From positions 8,799 to 72,798 of the forward strand of contig JANQLM010000012.1 in NCBI GenBank assembly GCA_028280635.1: a stretch of 64,000 nt of DNA, in the 5' to 3' direction. Under the pieces are notes generated by a model. It was given only the letters and a program-made list of their open reading frames with translations. It made no database searches and was not told the DNA's origin. Positions 1 through 13,900 of this stretch are shown here, piece after piece (position 1 is the first letter of the stretch; each line of letters begins with the position of its first letter). The stretch comes from Halieaceae bacterium (lineage in GTDB: Bacteria; Pseudomonadota; Gammaproteobacteria; Pseudomonadales; Halieaceae). Both the position numbers and the translations under genes were made by a program.

Positions 1-911
1 TCGATACTGCCCAGGTAATCGATGGCGGCGCCCAGGCCGATGACTCCAGCAATATTGGGGGTGCCGGCCTCGAATTTAAAGGGCAGTGTGTTGAAGGTGG
101 TGCCGGCAAAAGACACGGTTTCAATCATCTCACCGCCGCCCAGGAATGGCGGCATCGCCTCCAGCAGTTCCTCACGCCCCCAAAGCGCGCCGATGCCGGT
201 GGGGCCGAACAGCTTGTGGCCGGAGAAAGCGTAGAAATCGCAGTCCAGGGCCTGCACGTCGACGGGCCAGTGAGCCACCGCCTGGGCGCCGTCCACCAGC
301 ACCCTGGCGCCGACGGCGTGAGCTTTTTCAATGATCTCCGCCACCGGATTGACGGTGCCGATGGCGTTGGATACGTGGTTCAGTGCGACCATCTTGACGC
401 GCTCATCCAGCATGGCGTCGAGAGCATCCAGGTCGATGTCGCCGCTGTCCAGCACAGGGATCGGCTCCACGGTGGCGCCTACCGCCGCGCAGATAAGCTG
501 CCAGGGCACGATATCGCTGTGGTGTTCCAGGTAGGGAAGCAACACGCGATCGCCCGGCCCCAGGTTGTTACGGCCCCAGCTATTCGCCACCAGGTTGACC
601 GCCTCGGTGACGCCGCGCACCCAGATGACCTGTTGGGGTCGCGGGCTGTTCAGGAAGCTGGCCACCTTTTCGCGGGCCGCCTCGAAGGCGCGGGTGGCGC
701 GATCGCTCAGGGCGTGGGCGCCGCGGTGTACGTTGGCGTTGTCCTGTCGGTAGTAGTTGGCAATTGCCTCGATTACCGCCTCGGGCTTCTGCGTGGTGGC
801 CGCGTTGTCCAGGTAGACCAGCGGGTGGCCGTTGACCTCCTGCTTGAGGATTGGGAAATCCTCGCGCAGGGCTGCAGCGTCGAAATAGTTGGCTGGGTTG
901 GCCGCGGTCAC
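1..911 (-). CDS. sufS: Cysteine desulfurase SufS (5' part only; the 3' end lies beyond position 1)
   Basis: Not in the ORF track because it runs off the window edge. Hand translation of the minus strand gives TAANPANYFDAAALREDFPILKQEVNGHPLVYLDNAATTQKP and DCDFYAFSGHKLFGPTGIGALWGREELLEAMPPFLGGGEMI, the SufS/class-V PLP-lysine region. A GTG at 911-909 overlaps the sufD stop (GTGA). Confidence 0.9.
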   Translation of the reverse strand, partial: MTAANPANYFDAAALREDFPILKQEVNGHPLVYLDNAATTQKPEAVIEAIANYYRQDNANVHRGAHALSDRATRAFEAAREKVASFLNSPRPQQVIWVRGVTEAVNLVANSWGRNNLGPGDRVLLPYLEHHSDIVPWQLICAAVGATVEPIPVLDSGDIDLDALDAMLDERVKMVALNHVSNAIGTVNPVAEIIEKAHAVGARVLVDGAQAVAHWPVDVQALDCDFYAFSGHKLFGPTGIGALWGREELLEAMPPFLGGGEMIETVSFAGTTFNTLPFKFEAGTPNIAGVIGLGAAIDYLGSI

Positions 912-2188
912 GCCAGGTGCCTCGTCAGTCGAGTGTCGCGAGTCAGGCGCTCTGCCAGCAGCGGGTGCAGGTAGTCGCGCAGGGCTTCGTTCTCCAGCGC
1001 ATCCACCAGCTCGTTGATAAAGCCGTAGCTCAACATGACCTCTGCCTCGGCGCGGTCAACACCGCGGGTGCGCAGGTAGTGCAACATACCCTCGTCGAGC
1101 TGGGCGACCGTGGCGCCGTGGGCGCACTGCACGTCGTCGGCATAAATCTCCAGTTCCGGCTTGGTGTTGATTTCGGCATCGGTGCTGGTGAGCAGGTTCT
1201 TGTTGGACAGCTCGGCGCGGGTCTTCTGGGCATCCGGATGGATGTGGATGCGACCGTTGAACACGGCGCTGGAGCTGTCACCCATGATGCCGCGGAACAC
1301 CTCGTCGGTGGTGCAGTGCGGTACCGCGTGTTCGATGCAAGTGTGGTAATCCACGTGCTCGCTGCCGCGCAGCAGGTAGATGCCGTTCAGGTCGCAGTGG
1401 GCGCCGGGACCGGCGTGGTTCACCACGATGTCGACGCGCTTCAATTCGCTGCCCAGTGCCAGGTGGAAGCTGTCGAGATGGCTGTCGCGGCCCAGCTCGG
1501 CATGCACGCCGCCGATATGCATGGCGCCGCCGCTTTCCACCTGCAGGCGGCGGTGCCTGAGGCGGCTGCCCGCGCCCAGAATCAACTCGGTGATGCCGTT
1601 GGTGAAGGCCGCCGGGCTGGCGCCGATAAAGTGTTCAATGACATTGGCCTCGGCATGCTCGTCCAGTACCACCAGCAGGCGCTGATTGACGGTGAAGGCG
1701 GGCTCGCGCTCGGTGGTCTGGTACACCAGGTGCAGCGGTGCTTCGAGGCGCGCATTGACGGCGACCTGCAGGAACAGGCCGTCGCTCAGGTTGGCGTCGT
1801 TGAGGCTGGCAAACAGGTGCTTGTCCGGGTCCACAACCGTACCGAGGTGGGCGGCTATCTGCTCTGCCTGGGCTGCATCGGCGTCGGCGAACCGCACCAG
1901 TTGCACGCCCTCCGGCAAGGACAGCGCGTCGATATCGCCCTGCAACTGGCCGTCAATAAACACCAGTCGGGTGCCGCCGAACTCAGGCAGCGCGTCGGCG
2001 CTGGTTTGTGCCGGCCCCGGCGCGGCAAACTCGCGCTCCAGCAGGTGCAGGCTGGTGTACTTCCAGGCCTCGGTCTTGCGGGTCGGTTTCTGGCTGTTGC
2101 GCCAGCGCGCGATACCGGCATCCCGCCGGTTCGCCAACCAGGCGGGGGCGTCACCGGCCACCAGCAGGCCGTCGATGAAATCGCTCAT
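908..2188 (-). CDS. sufD: Fe-S cluster assembly protein SufD
   Basis: 426-aa ORF between sufC and sufS. It has the SufD-like C-terminal beta-helix region (RGIMGDSSSAVFNGRIHIHPDAQKT...EIYADDVQCAHGATV). Its start overlaps the sufC stop. Confidence 0.9.
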   Translation of the reverse strand: MSDFIDGLLVAGDAPAWLANRRDAGIARWRNSQKPTRKTEAWKYTSLHLLEREFAAPGPAQTSADALPEFGGTRLVFIDGQLQGDIDALSLPEGVQLVRFADADAAQAEQIAAHLGTVVDPDKHLFASLNDANLSDGLFLQVAVNARLEAPLHLVYQTTEREPAFTVNQRLLVVLDEHAEANVIEHFIGASPAAFTNGITELILGAGSRLRHRRLQVESGGAMHIGGVHAELGRDSHLDSFHLALGSELKRVDIVVNHAGPGAHCDLNGIYLLRGSEHVDYHTCIEHAVPHCTTDEVFRGIMGDSSSAVFNGRIHIHPDAQKTRAELSNKNLLTSTDAEINTKPELEIYADDVQCAHGATVAQLDEGMLHYLRTRGVDRAEAEVMLSYGFINELVDALENEALRDYLHPLLAERLTRDTRLTRHLA

Positions 2189-2934
2189 CAGGCGACGTCC
2201 TCGAGCCAGCCGTAGCCCTTGTCTTCAAGCTCCAGGGCCAGAGACTTGTCACCGGAGCGCACGATGCGGCCGCCGGACAGGACGTGCACGAAGTCGGGTT
2301 CGATAAAGTCCAGCAGGCGCTGATAGTGGGTGACCAGCACGAAGGCGCGTTCAGCGCCGCGCATGGCGTTGACGCCATTGGCCACCACCTGCAGGGCGTC
2401 GATGTCGAGGCCTGAGTCGGTTTCGTCCATGATGCAAAGCTTCGGCTCCAGCAGCATCATCTGCAGCAGTTCGTTGCGCTTTTTCTCGCCGCCGGAGAAG
2501 CCCTCGTTGACGCCGCGCTTCAGGAAGCTGGCATCCAGGTCCACGGCCTTGCTGGCCTCGCGCGCCAGTTTCATGAAGTTCACGGTGTCCAGCGCGTCCA
2601 GGCCCCGGGCTTCGCGGGTGGTGTCGACCGCGGCCTTGAGGAATTCCATGTTGCTGACGCCCGGAATCTCCACCGGGTACTGGAACGCCAGGAAGATGCC
2701 GGCGTGGGCGCGTTCCTCGGTTTCCATGTCCAGCAGGTCCCTGCCCTCGAAGCTCACGCTGCCGGCGGTCACTTCGTAGCCGTCGCGGCCGGCCAGCACG
2801 TGGCCCAGGGTGCTCTTGCCGGAACCGTTGGGGCCCATGATGGCGTGCACTTCGCCCGGGTTTACCTCCAGGCTGAGGCCCTTGAGGATATCCTTGTCTT
2901 CTACCTGCGCGTGCAGGTCTTCAATCTTCAACAT
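2188..2934 (-). CDS. sufC: Fe-S cluster assembly ATPase SufC
   Basis: 248 aa starting MLKIEDLHAQVEDKDILKGLSL, with Walker A GPNGSGKST, ABC signature FSGGEKKR and Walker B LCIMDETDSGLD. Confidence 0.95.
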   Translation of the reverse strand: MLKIEDLHAQVEDKDILKGLSLEVNPGEVHAIMGPNGSGKSTLGHVLAGRDGYEVTAGSVSFEGRDLLDMETEERAHAGIFLAFQYPVEIPGVSNMEFLKAAVDTTREARGLDALDTVNFMKLAREASKAVDLDASFLKRGVNEGFSGGEKKRNELLQMMLLEPKLCIMDETDSGLDIDALQVVANGVNAMRGAERAFVLVTHYQRLLDFIEPDFVHVLSGGRIVRSGDKSLALELEDKGYGWLEDVA

Positions 2935-2968
2935 CGTCTGTGCTCTCTGAATTCTCTACTTTCCCGCG

Positions 2969-4411
<1,443 letters not shown>

Positions 4412-4456
4412 AACATCTTGCCTCGGTGTCTGCTGCTGTAGCGATTGGCTACAGCG

Positions 4457-4945
4457 CTATACGTGGCTGACCGGGATTTCGGCCATCTCCTCGTGTTCAT
4501 TGTTCTCGACCCGCTGCTCCTGTTGGTCAGAAATCGAGCGGATTTCCTGGCGGGTCACCAGATCGGCCAGGGTGATATCCCCGAGGAAATCACGAATCTG
4601 GTCGCTGAGGTCCATCCACAGGTGGTGGGTCAGGCAGGTCTCGCCCTTCTGGCAGTCGCCCGCGCCCTGGCAGCGAGTGGCATCGGTGGTCTCGTTGACC
4701 GCCTCGATGACCTCGGCCACGCTGATGGCAGTGGCCTCCTTGCCCAGGTGGTAGCCGCCGCCGGGGCCGCGCACGCTCTGGACGAGGCCGCGACGCCGCA
4801 ACTGGGCGAATAGCTGCTCTAGGTAGGAAAGTGATATGTCCTGGCGTTCAGAGATGCCGGCCAGCGGAATCGGGCCGCGATCCTGGTGCAGGGCGAGGTC
4901 GAGGATGGACGTTACTGCGTAGCGTCCCTTGGTAGTCAGTCTCAT
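4457..4945 (-). CDS. iscR: Rrf2-family Fe-S regulator (IscR-type)
   Basis: 162 aa. N-terminus [20 protein letters not shown] is the Rrf2 winged helix. The cluster ligand region is [21 protein letters not shown] (Cys-x5-Cys-x5-Cys-x2-His spacing as in IscR). It sits directly upstream of sufB. Confidence 0.8.
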   Translation of the reverse strand: MRLTTKGRYAVTSILDLALHQDRGPIPLAGISERQDISLSYLEQLFAQLRRRGLVQSVRGPGGGYHLGKEATAISVAEVIEAVNETTDATRCQGAGDCQKGETCLTHHLWMDLSDQIRDFLGDITLADLVTRQEIRSISDQQEQRVENNEHEEMAEIPVSHV

Positions 4946-4994
4946 AAGCTGAAGTCGCCTGTGGCGGGGTTCTGGACAGGCCTGCGACTATCTC

Positions 4995-5019
4995 ATACCC
5001 GAGTATTTTGGTCAACTAT
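4995..5019 (-). promoter_or_regulatory. IscR type-1 binding site upstream of the iscR-suf operon
   Basis: The reverse complement reads ATAGTTGACCAAAATACTCGGGTAT. By my count this matches 23 of 25 positions of the recalled type-1 consensus ATASYYGACTRWWWYAGTCRRSTAT. It is nearly identical to the recalled E. coli iscR promoter site ATAGTTGACCAATTTACTCGGGAAT. It lies 50-74 nt upstream of the regulator start codon. Confidence 0.6.
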
Positions 5020-5028
5020 AAGACCCTG

Positions 5029-6486
5029 CTAATAGTCAGGGCTTTTCAGCCGCTCGGCGCGCCGGCAGACCTCCCGGGTCATGCCCTTGAATATCCACAG
5101 GTGGGCGGGGATCAGTGGGTACCAATAGAGAAGGCCCCAGACACCGGCCGGGTGAAAGTAGGCGGTGGCGGTGATGCGCTGGCGTCCGCCTTCGGACTGG
5201 ATTTCAAATTCCAGCACGCCGCTGCCGGGGGCTTTCATTTCCATCAGCAGCGTCAGCTTGTGGGGCGGGTTGTACCCGATGACGCGCCAGGCATCGAGCA
5301 CGTCGCCGTAGCGCAGCTCGCTGTTGTGGCGCCGGTGGCGTCGAAAGCTGGGCCCGCCGATCAGCCAGTCACCGAGGCGGCGAATCCACCACAGACTATT
5401 GAGGGAGAAGAAGTCTCCGCGGTGGCCCACCCGGCACACCTCTGCCCAAAGCCGCTCGGCGCTGGCGTCGGTGTCGCAGTGGCCTGAGGCCTGCTTGGCA
5501 TAGAACGCGTAGCGCGGCTCGAAGTTGCGGCAGCGGATAGAGCCCTCCACCCAGTGGGCCGGCAGGTTCTGGTTGCGCTCGGCCCTGAGTGCGGCATCGA
5601 TTTGCTGCTCCAGCGGTAGCAGCTCGCGGGGCACCAGCGCCCTGACCGGTGCGGTATCCGCCTTCACGTCGTGCTTGAGGCCGTCGATCAGCGCCGCCGC
5701 CACGTTGACAGGCACCGCCGTGATCAGTCGCAGCCAGTAGGATGACAGGCGCGGGGTGAGCACCGGCACCGGGATGATCCAGGGGCGCTTCTGCAGGCGT
5801 TCGGCCAGGGTGTGCATGATGGCCCGGTAGCTGACCAGGTCTGGTCCGCCCACGTCGTAGATGCCCCCGGCCGCGGCTTCCATGAATGCCAGCTTTTCCA
5901 GGTAGACCAGCAGGTCGGACAGGGCGATGGGGGGCGACAGTGACTCCACCCAGCGCGGTGTCACCATGACCGGCAGGTAGTTGACCAGGTCGCGCATCAC
6001 CTCAAACGCCGCCGAGCCGGGCCCGACAATCATGCCTGCCCGAACCTCGGTGACCGGCACCGTCCCCGCCCGCAGGTAGTCGCCGGTTTCCTCACGGGAT
6101 TTGAGGTGTTGGGATTCCGGATCTTCCGGGATCAGGCCGCCCAGGTAGACGATGCGCCGCAAGCCGGCCGCGGCGGCGGCTTCGCGAAAATTGGCGGCGG
6201 CCTCCAGGTCCAGGCGCCTGAAATCACGCCCGGAGGCCATCGAGTGCACCAGGTAGAAGGCCACGTCGATGCCCTCAAGTGCGGGCTGCAGCGAAGCCGG
6301 GTCGAGGGCGTCGGCAGCCACGCACTCGACATCCTGCCACTGGCGGCCCTCGATCACCTTGCGGTTGCGGGCAGCGGCGCGCACCGTGTAGCCGTGGCTG
6401 ACCAGGTAGGGGACCAGGTGGGAGCCGATGTAACCACTGGCCCCAAACACCAGCACCGAGGCTGTCTTGCTCGGGGGTTCTTGCAT
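5029..6486 (-). CDS. NAD(P)-binding SDR-like oxidoreductase with C-terminal DUF2867-like domain
   Basis: 485 aa with an N-terminal Rossmann motif VLVFGASGYIGSHLV. Overall layout resembles NmrA/atypical-SDR plus DUF2867 fusion proteins (recalled architecture). Confidence 0.7.
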   Translation of the reverse strand: MQEPPSKTASVLVFGASGYIGSHLVPYLVSHGYTVRAAARNRKVIEGRQWQDVECVAADALDPASLQPALEGIDVAFYLVHSMASGRDFRRLDLEAAANFREAAAAAGLRRIVYLGGLIPEDPESQHLKSREETGDYLRAGTVPVTEVRAGMIVGPGSAAFEVMRDLVNYLPVMVTPRWVESLSPPIALSDLLVYLEKLAFMEAAAGGIYDVGGPDLVSYRAIMHTLAERLQKRPWIIPVPVLTPRLSSYWLRLITAVPVNVAAALIDGLKHDVKADTAPVRALVPRELLPLEQQIDAALRAERNQNLPAHWVEGSIRCRNFEPRYAFYAKQASGHCDTDASAERLWAEVCRVGHRGDFFSLNSLWWIRRLGDWLIGGPSFRRHRRHNSELRYGDVLDAWRVIGYNPPHKLTLLMEMKAPGSGVLEFEIQSEGGRQRITATAYFHPAGVWGLLYWYPLIPAHLWIFKGMTREVCRRAERLKSPDY

Positions 6487-6493
6487 GGTGGTA

Positions 6494-7438
6494 TCAGGGT
6501 AGCGGGTTCTGCCGGGCGGCGATATACAGCCGGTACCAGTCCTCTCGCGACAGCGTTATGCCGGTGGCTTCGGCGCAGGCGCTGATGCGCCCGGGGTGGG
6601 TGCTGCCGACCAGCGGCTGTATGCCGGCCGGGTGGCGCAGCAGCCAGGCGAGAACAATCGCCTCGGTGGAACACTGCAGGTCCTTTGCCAACTCGGCTAC
6701 CAGCTTTGCCGCAGGCCCGGTGTCAGGACTGCGGCTGAAGCGCCCCGCCGCGAGGCTGCCCCAGGCCTGCACCTGGATGCCCCGACGCCGGCAGTAGTCC
6801 AGAGTGCCCGCCGTGTCCTGTGGGACGCCGGTATTAAACGTGACGTCCGCCTCAATCAGTTCATGGCGCGCGAGGCTGATCTCCAGCTGATCGACGGCCA
6901 GTTCGCTGCCCAGTGCCTCGCTCAGCAGGGCCATCTGGTGATGGTGCATGTTGGAAACGCCGAAGTGCTTTACCGTACCCGTGGCCTGCAGCGCCGCAAG
7001 GCACGTGGCCAACCGCTCCGGCTCCCAGAGCGGGTCGGGTCGATGCAGCAACCACAGGTCCAGGGATTTGATGCCGAGTCGCTCCAGGCTGCCCTGGATG
7101 CAGTTCTCCAGATAGCCCGGGTCGGCGTTGTAGTGGCCGGGGCGTTCACCGTCGGCCAGGCGAATGCCGCCCTTGCTCTGGATCACCAGGCGTTCGCGCA
7201 GCCCGGGCCGCGCCGCCAGCCATTCGCCAAACACTCGCTCGGCCTTGCCCTGGCGATAGATGTCGGCGTGGTCGAACAGGGTGATGCCGGCGTCGACGGC
7301 GGCATCGAGAGCGATAAACGCTGTCTCGCGGTCCGTGTCCGTGAGTTCGCTGGAATCCCAGTCGCCCCCCAGTCCCATGCAGCCATAGCCCAGCCGTGAG
7401 AGCCGGGGAAACAGGGCGGAGAGGGGCAGGGGAGACAC
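6494..7438 (-). CDS. Aldo/keto reductase family oxidoreductase
   Basis: 314 aa with the AKR-type N-terminus LGYGCMGLGG...AVDAGITLFDHADIYRQGKAERVFG and the later GVSNM motif. Confidence 0.85.
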   Translation of the reverse strand: MSPLPLSALFPRLSRLGYGCMGLGGDWDSSELTDTDRETAFIALDAAVDAGITLFDHADIYRQGKAERVFGEWLAARPGLRERLVIQSKGGIRLADGERPGHYNADPGYLENCIQGSLERLGIKSLDLWLLHRPDPLWEPERLATCLAALQATGTVKHFGVSNMHHHQMALLSEALGSELAVDQLEISLARHELIEADVTFNTGVPQDTAGTLDYCRRRGIQVQAWGSLAAGRFSRSPDTGPAAKLVAELAKDLQCSTEAIVLAWLLRHPAGIQPLVGSTHPGRISACAEATGITLSREDWYRLYIAARQNPLP

Positions 7439-7442
7439 GCGC

Positions 7443-8297
7443 TTAGCTTTTCACTGTCAGCGGGAACCGGGTGTCCGCGAGCACCTGCTTCATGCGCGCC
7501 AGATGTTCGCGGTAGCCTTCGCCGCGCAGCAGCGCCCAGCGTGTACTCAGCACATCGATGACGACCAACTGGGCCAGCCGCGAGGTCATTGGGGTATACA
7601 GCTCGGTGTCCTCGCCACCCTCCACCGCGAGCACGGTTTGGCAATGGGTGGCTACCGGCGATCCCGGCGCCGTGATGCCGATTACTGACGCGCCGGCGGC
7701 CGCCGCCAGCTCTGCCAGCTCCGCCATGGCCCGGGTGCGGCCGGTCCAGGAAATGCACAGCACGCTGTCCGCGGCCTGCAGATTGGTCGTCAGCACCCGC
7801 TGGTTGATGACATCTGTGTAGGTAGTGGCGGGTATGCCAAAGCGCATCAGCTTGTGCTGTGCATCCAGCGCCACCGAGGCGGAGGCTCCGAGGCCGCACA
7901 GGGAAATGCTGCGTGACTGGTCCAGTATCGTCACGGCGGCTTCGACGGCGCTGTCGTCCAGCCCGGCCTGTACCCGGTCGAGGCTGGCGCGGGTGGACTC
8001 GAACAGCTTGGCAATGACCTGGCTGGACGAGTCGCCGGCTTCGACGTCGGGTGCGACCCGCGGCTGCTGGCGTGCCAGCTCCGCAGCGAGCTGCAGCTTG
8101 AAGTCCGGAAATCCCTTGAGTCCGAGGCCGGTACAGAAACGATTGACGGTGGGTTCACTGACGCCGACCTCCGCGGCCAGCGCGGCGGTGGTCATGCTCA
8201 GTATGGCCTCCGGGTCGCGCAGTACACAGGCGGCCAGTTTGGCTGCGGCCCTGGAGCGGCGGACGGTGCTGTCTCGCAGGCTGGCGAGCAGTTCCAT
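7443..8297 (-). CDS. hexR: RpiR/HexR-family transcriptional regulator (HTH plus SIS domain)
   Basis: HTH region LSMTTAALAAEVGVSEPTVNRFCTGLGLKGFPDFK followed by a SIS domain. It is divergent from eda and next to zwf-pgl-edd. I prefer the ATG at 8297 over the listed TTG at 8327, which would abut the HexR box. Confidence 0.85.
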   Translation of the reverse strand: MELLASLRDSTVRRSRAAAKLAACVLRDPEAILSMTTAALAAEVGVSEPTVNRFCTGLGLKGFPDFKLQLAAELARQQPRVAPDVEAGDSSSQVIAKLFESTRASLDRVQAGLDDSAVEAAVTILDQSRSISLCGLGASASVALDAQHKLMRFGIPATTYTDVINQRVLTTNLQAADSVLCISWTGRTRAMAELAELAAAAGASVIGITAPGSPVATHCQTVLAVEGGEDTELYTPMTSRLAQLVVIDVLSTRWALLRGEGYREHLARMKQVLADTRFPLTVKS

Positions 8298-8329
8298 GGC
8301 GGGTAACCCTGAAGCGTGTAGTCTCAAAA

Positions 8330-8344
8330 TGTAGTTAAATTACA
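8330..8344. promoter_or_regulatory. HexR-type operator, box 1 (TGTAGTTAAATTACA)
   Basis: TGT-N9-ACA palindrome matching the recalled gammaproteobacterial HexR motif (TGTAATTAAATTACA-like; TTGT-N7/8-ACAA in Pseudomonas). It lies 33 nt upstream of the hexR ATG. Confidence 0.7.
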
Positions 8345-8452
8345 CTATGTCTGCAAGCTGGAATTTCCCATCTGCGCCATTTTTGTGCCTTTTTTGCACC
8401 AAAAAGCACTGTTTTAATAAGACCTTAACGAAAAATTGATGTGATCGACCCC

Positions 8453-8466
8453 TGCATACGTATTTT
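8453..8466. promoter_or_regulatory. Partial copy of the 14-bp sugar-locus palindrome (TGCATACGTATTTT)
   Basis: 12 of 14 identical to TGCATACGTATTCA at 39132. It lies in the hexR-eda intergenic region. Confidence 0.35.
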
Positions 8467-8515
8467 GCAGTTGCTGGCTTGCGAGATAGCGGTACTTGGT
8501 CTAATGTGTATTCAT

Positions 8516-8530
8516 TGTAATAAAATTACA
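8516..8530. promoter_or_regulatory. HexR-type operator, box 2 (TGTAATAAAATTACA)
   Basis: Second TGT-N9-ACA palindrome, 8 nt upstream of the eda ATG. It lies just downstream of a plausible sigma-70 promoter (TTGCGA 8479-8484, 17-nt spacer, TAATGT 8502-8507). Confidence 0.7.
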
Positions 8531-8538
8531 TCCCCAAA

Positions 8539-9156
8539 ATGACGATGCGCGAACAGCTCCAGGCCTTCCGGGTGCTGCCGGTGGTGACGGCGGTAGACGT
8601 CGACAGCACCGTGGCCCTGGCGGCGGCACTGCTGGATGGCGGTATGCGCGCTATCGAGATCACCCTGCGCACCGAGGCGGCGCTGGAGGCCATTGCCGCG
8701 GTGAGCGAGGCGGTGCCAGGCATTACTGTCGGCTCCGGGACGGTGACGGCTCCCGATGAATTGCACCGGGCGATCGACGCCGGCTGCAGTTTCCATGTCA
8801 GCCCCGGTATCACCCCGCGCCTCATGGACGCGGTGCAGGAGGCTGGCGTCGACCTGGTGCCGGGGGTGGCCAGCCCCTCTGAGGTCATGTTGGGGAAGGA
8901 CTACGGTCTCGACTGTTTCAAGCTGTTTCCGGCGGTGCCGGTGGGCGGTGTAGCCCTGTTGAAGGCGCTGGCGGGCCCGTTTCCGGAGGCCGCGTTTTGT
9001 CCCACCGGTGGGCTGAACCCGGACAACTTTCGCAGCTTTCTGGCACTGCCCAATGTGGTCTGCTGCGGGGGCTCCTGGATGGTGGCCCCGGAGCTGGTGC
9101 GCGACCGGCAGTGGGAGATGATCAAGGTACTGGCGCAACAGGCGCTGGAAGAATGA
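8539..9156 (+). CDS. eda: 2-dehydro-3-deoxy-phosphogluconate (KDPG) aldolase
   Basis: 205 aa with the Eda pattern VLPVVTAVDVDSTVALAAALLDGGMRAIEITLRT ... FKLFPA ... FCPTGG. Confidence 0.9.
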   Translation: MTMREQLQAFRVLPVVTAVDVDSTVALAAALLDGGMRAIEITLRTEAALEAIAAVSEAVPGITVGSGTVTAPDELHRAIDAGCSFHVSPGITPRLMDAVQEAGVDLVPGVASPSEVMLGKDYGLDCFKLFPAVPVGGVALLKALAGPFPEAAFCPTGGLNPDNFRSFLALPNVVCCGGSWMVAPELVRDRQWEMIKVLAQQALEE

Positions 9157-9157
9157 T

Positions 9158-9186
9158 GGGCAGGCGCGGCAGCGCTGCCTTTTTTG
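9158..9186 (+). terminator. Intrinsic terminator-like hairpin after eda
   Basis: GGCAGGCGC-GGCA-GCGCTGCC (8 bp with one bulge), followed by TTTTTT. Confidence 0.55.
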
Positions 9187-9230
9187 GCAACGGTAAGACA
9201 TCAACACACAGCAAGGCGAGGAGAATCACG

Positions 9231-10252
9231 GTGAGCAACAAGCAACCCCTGCGGCTGGGCCTGATGGGTTTTGGCCAGACTGGACGCCAGCTCTATGACC
9301 TGGCGAGCCACAGCGACGATATTGAGATTGTCGCCATTGCCGATATCGGTGATCCCAAGATTCTGCATTACCTCCTGCAGACTGAGGTAGGCGACAGCGA
9401 GCGCTACCAACTGGACGGCAACTTCCTGCGCAACCCGGCCTTCAGCAGCCGGCTAATGGCCATCGATACACCGCGCGAGATGCCCTGGGACGTGCTGGGT
9501 GTCGATATGGTCGTCGACGCCACAGGAAAGTACCGCGACGCGGCGTCCATGGAGGACCACCTGCGCAATGGCGCCGGCCGGGTGCTGCTGCGCACTCTGC
9601 CGGTAGACGAAATCGACCAGATCGTCATCCCCGGGGTCAACGAAGGTGCCGCATCGGCGACTGATCGCATGATCTCCGCCGGCTCTGCCACCACCACGGC
9701 CCTGTGCCTGTTGCTGAAAATCCTGTCGGCGAAGTTTGAAATCCTCTGCGCCAACCTGACGACGGTGCACGCTTACACCAGCGACCAGGCGTTGCAGGAC
9801 TACGCCGGCAGCGATTTCCGTCGCAGCCGCCGTGCGGCTGAGAACATCATTCCCAATACCCACGAGGCGGGTGCCTGGCTCAGCCATATCCTGCCCGAGT
9901 TTGACGGCAAGGTGTTGACCTCTGCTCTCAACGTGCCGATTCACGAGGGCTGCCTGGCCGATGTGAACCTGGTGTTTGCCGATACCTCTATCACCGTGGA
10001 TGCGGTTAACGACACCATGCGCGCCGCGGTGGCGGATCACCCCGGGGTAGTCGATGTGGTCGAGGATCCCATCGTCTCGTCCGACGTCATAGGCAGCCCC
10101 CTGTCGCTGTTGTTCGACCTCAAGGGCACAATCAAGGCCGGTGATAGCATCATCAAGACGCTGAGCTGGTACGAGAACCTGGGACACGCTGCCCGCCTGC
10201 TGGACGTGGCGCGGCTCTATGGGAAGTTCGATGGCGTGGAGGAGGCAGCCTG

Positions 10253-10253
<1 letters not shown>
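9231..10253 (+). CDS. GAPDH-family paralog lacking the catalytic cysteine (predicted non-catalytic)
   Basis: GTG start at 9231 with a GGAGA Shine-Dalgarno 8 nt upstream; the listed start at 8997 would overlap eda and its terminator. It aligns colinearly with the downstream gap product (GFGQTGR, TVHAYTSDQ, RRSRRAAENIIP, SWYEN). It reads ISAGSATTTALCL where SNASCTTNCLAP is expected. Confidence 0.85.
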
Positions 10254-11248
<995 letters not shown>

Positions 11249-11251
11249 ACC

Positions 11252-13899
<2,648 letters not shown>

Positions 13900-13900
<1 letters not shown>

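Noticed and set aside
851-2215. Long ORFs antisense to or overlapping well-supported genes. Examples: 851-2215 (+), 10217-10930 (-), 15828-16688 (-), 19131-21110 (-), 21020-22207 (-), 24748-25878 (-), 37880-38947 (+), 50781-51995 (+) and 61072-62013 (-).
   Set aside because: They are shadow ORFs typical of GC-rich DNA, with Ala/Gly/Arg/Val/His/Gln-rich low-complexity translations and no recognisable motifs. Each lies opposite a gene with clear family signatures.
5021-5045. Short hairpin CCCTG-N8-CAGGG overlapping the stop codon of the SDR/DUF2867 gene, considered as a terminator.
   Set aside because: It has only a 5-bp stem and a weak T tract. It overlaps the coding end and adjoins the IscR box, so the evidence is insufficient.
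8997-9230. The 5' extension of the GAPDH-like ORF (listed start 8997), and similar long N-terminal extensions: 18999-19133 (glgB), 25697-25834 (malQ), 34518-34673 (halogenase 1), 39056-39136 (TonB receptor), 48251-48343 (phoX), 56752-57222 (SLC13 permease), 59685-59843 (ACAD) and 59683-59763 (TetR).
   Set aside because: The extensions overlap upstream genes, terminators or operator-like sites. They lack homology-like sequence. Internal starts with Shine-Dalgarno motifs give products whose N-termini match family expectations.
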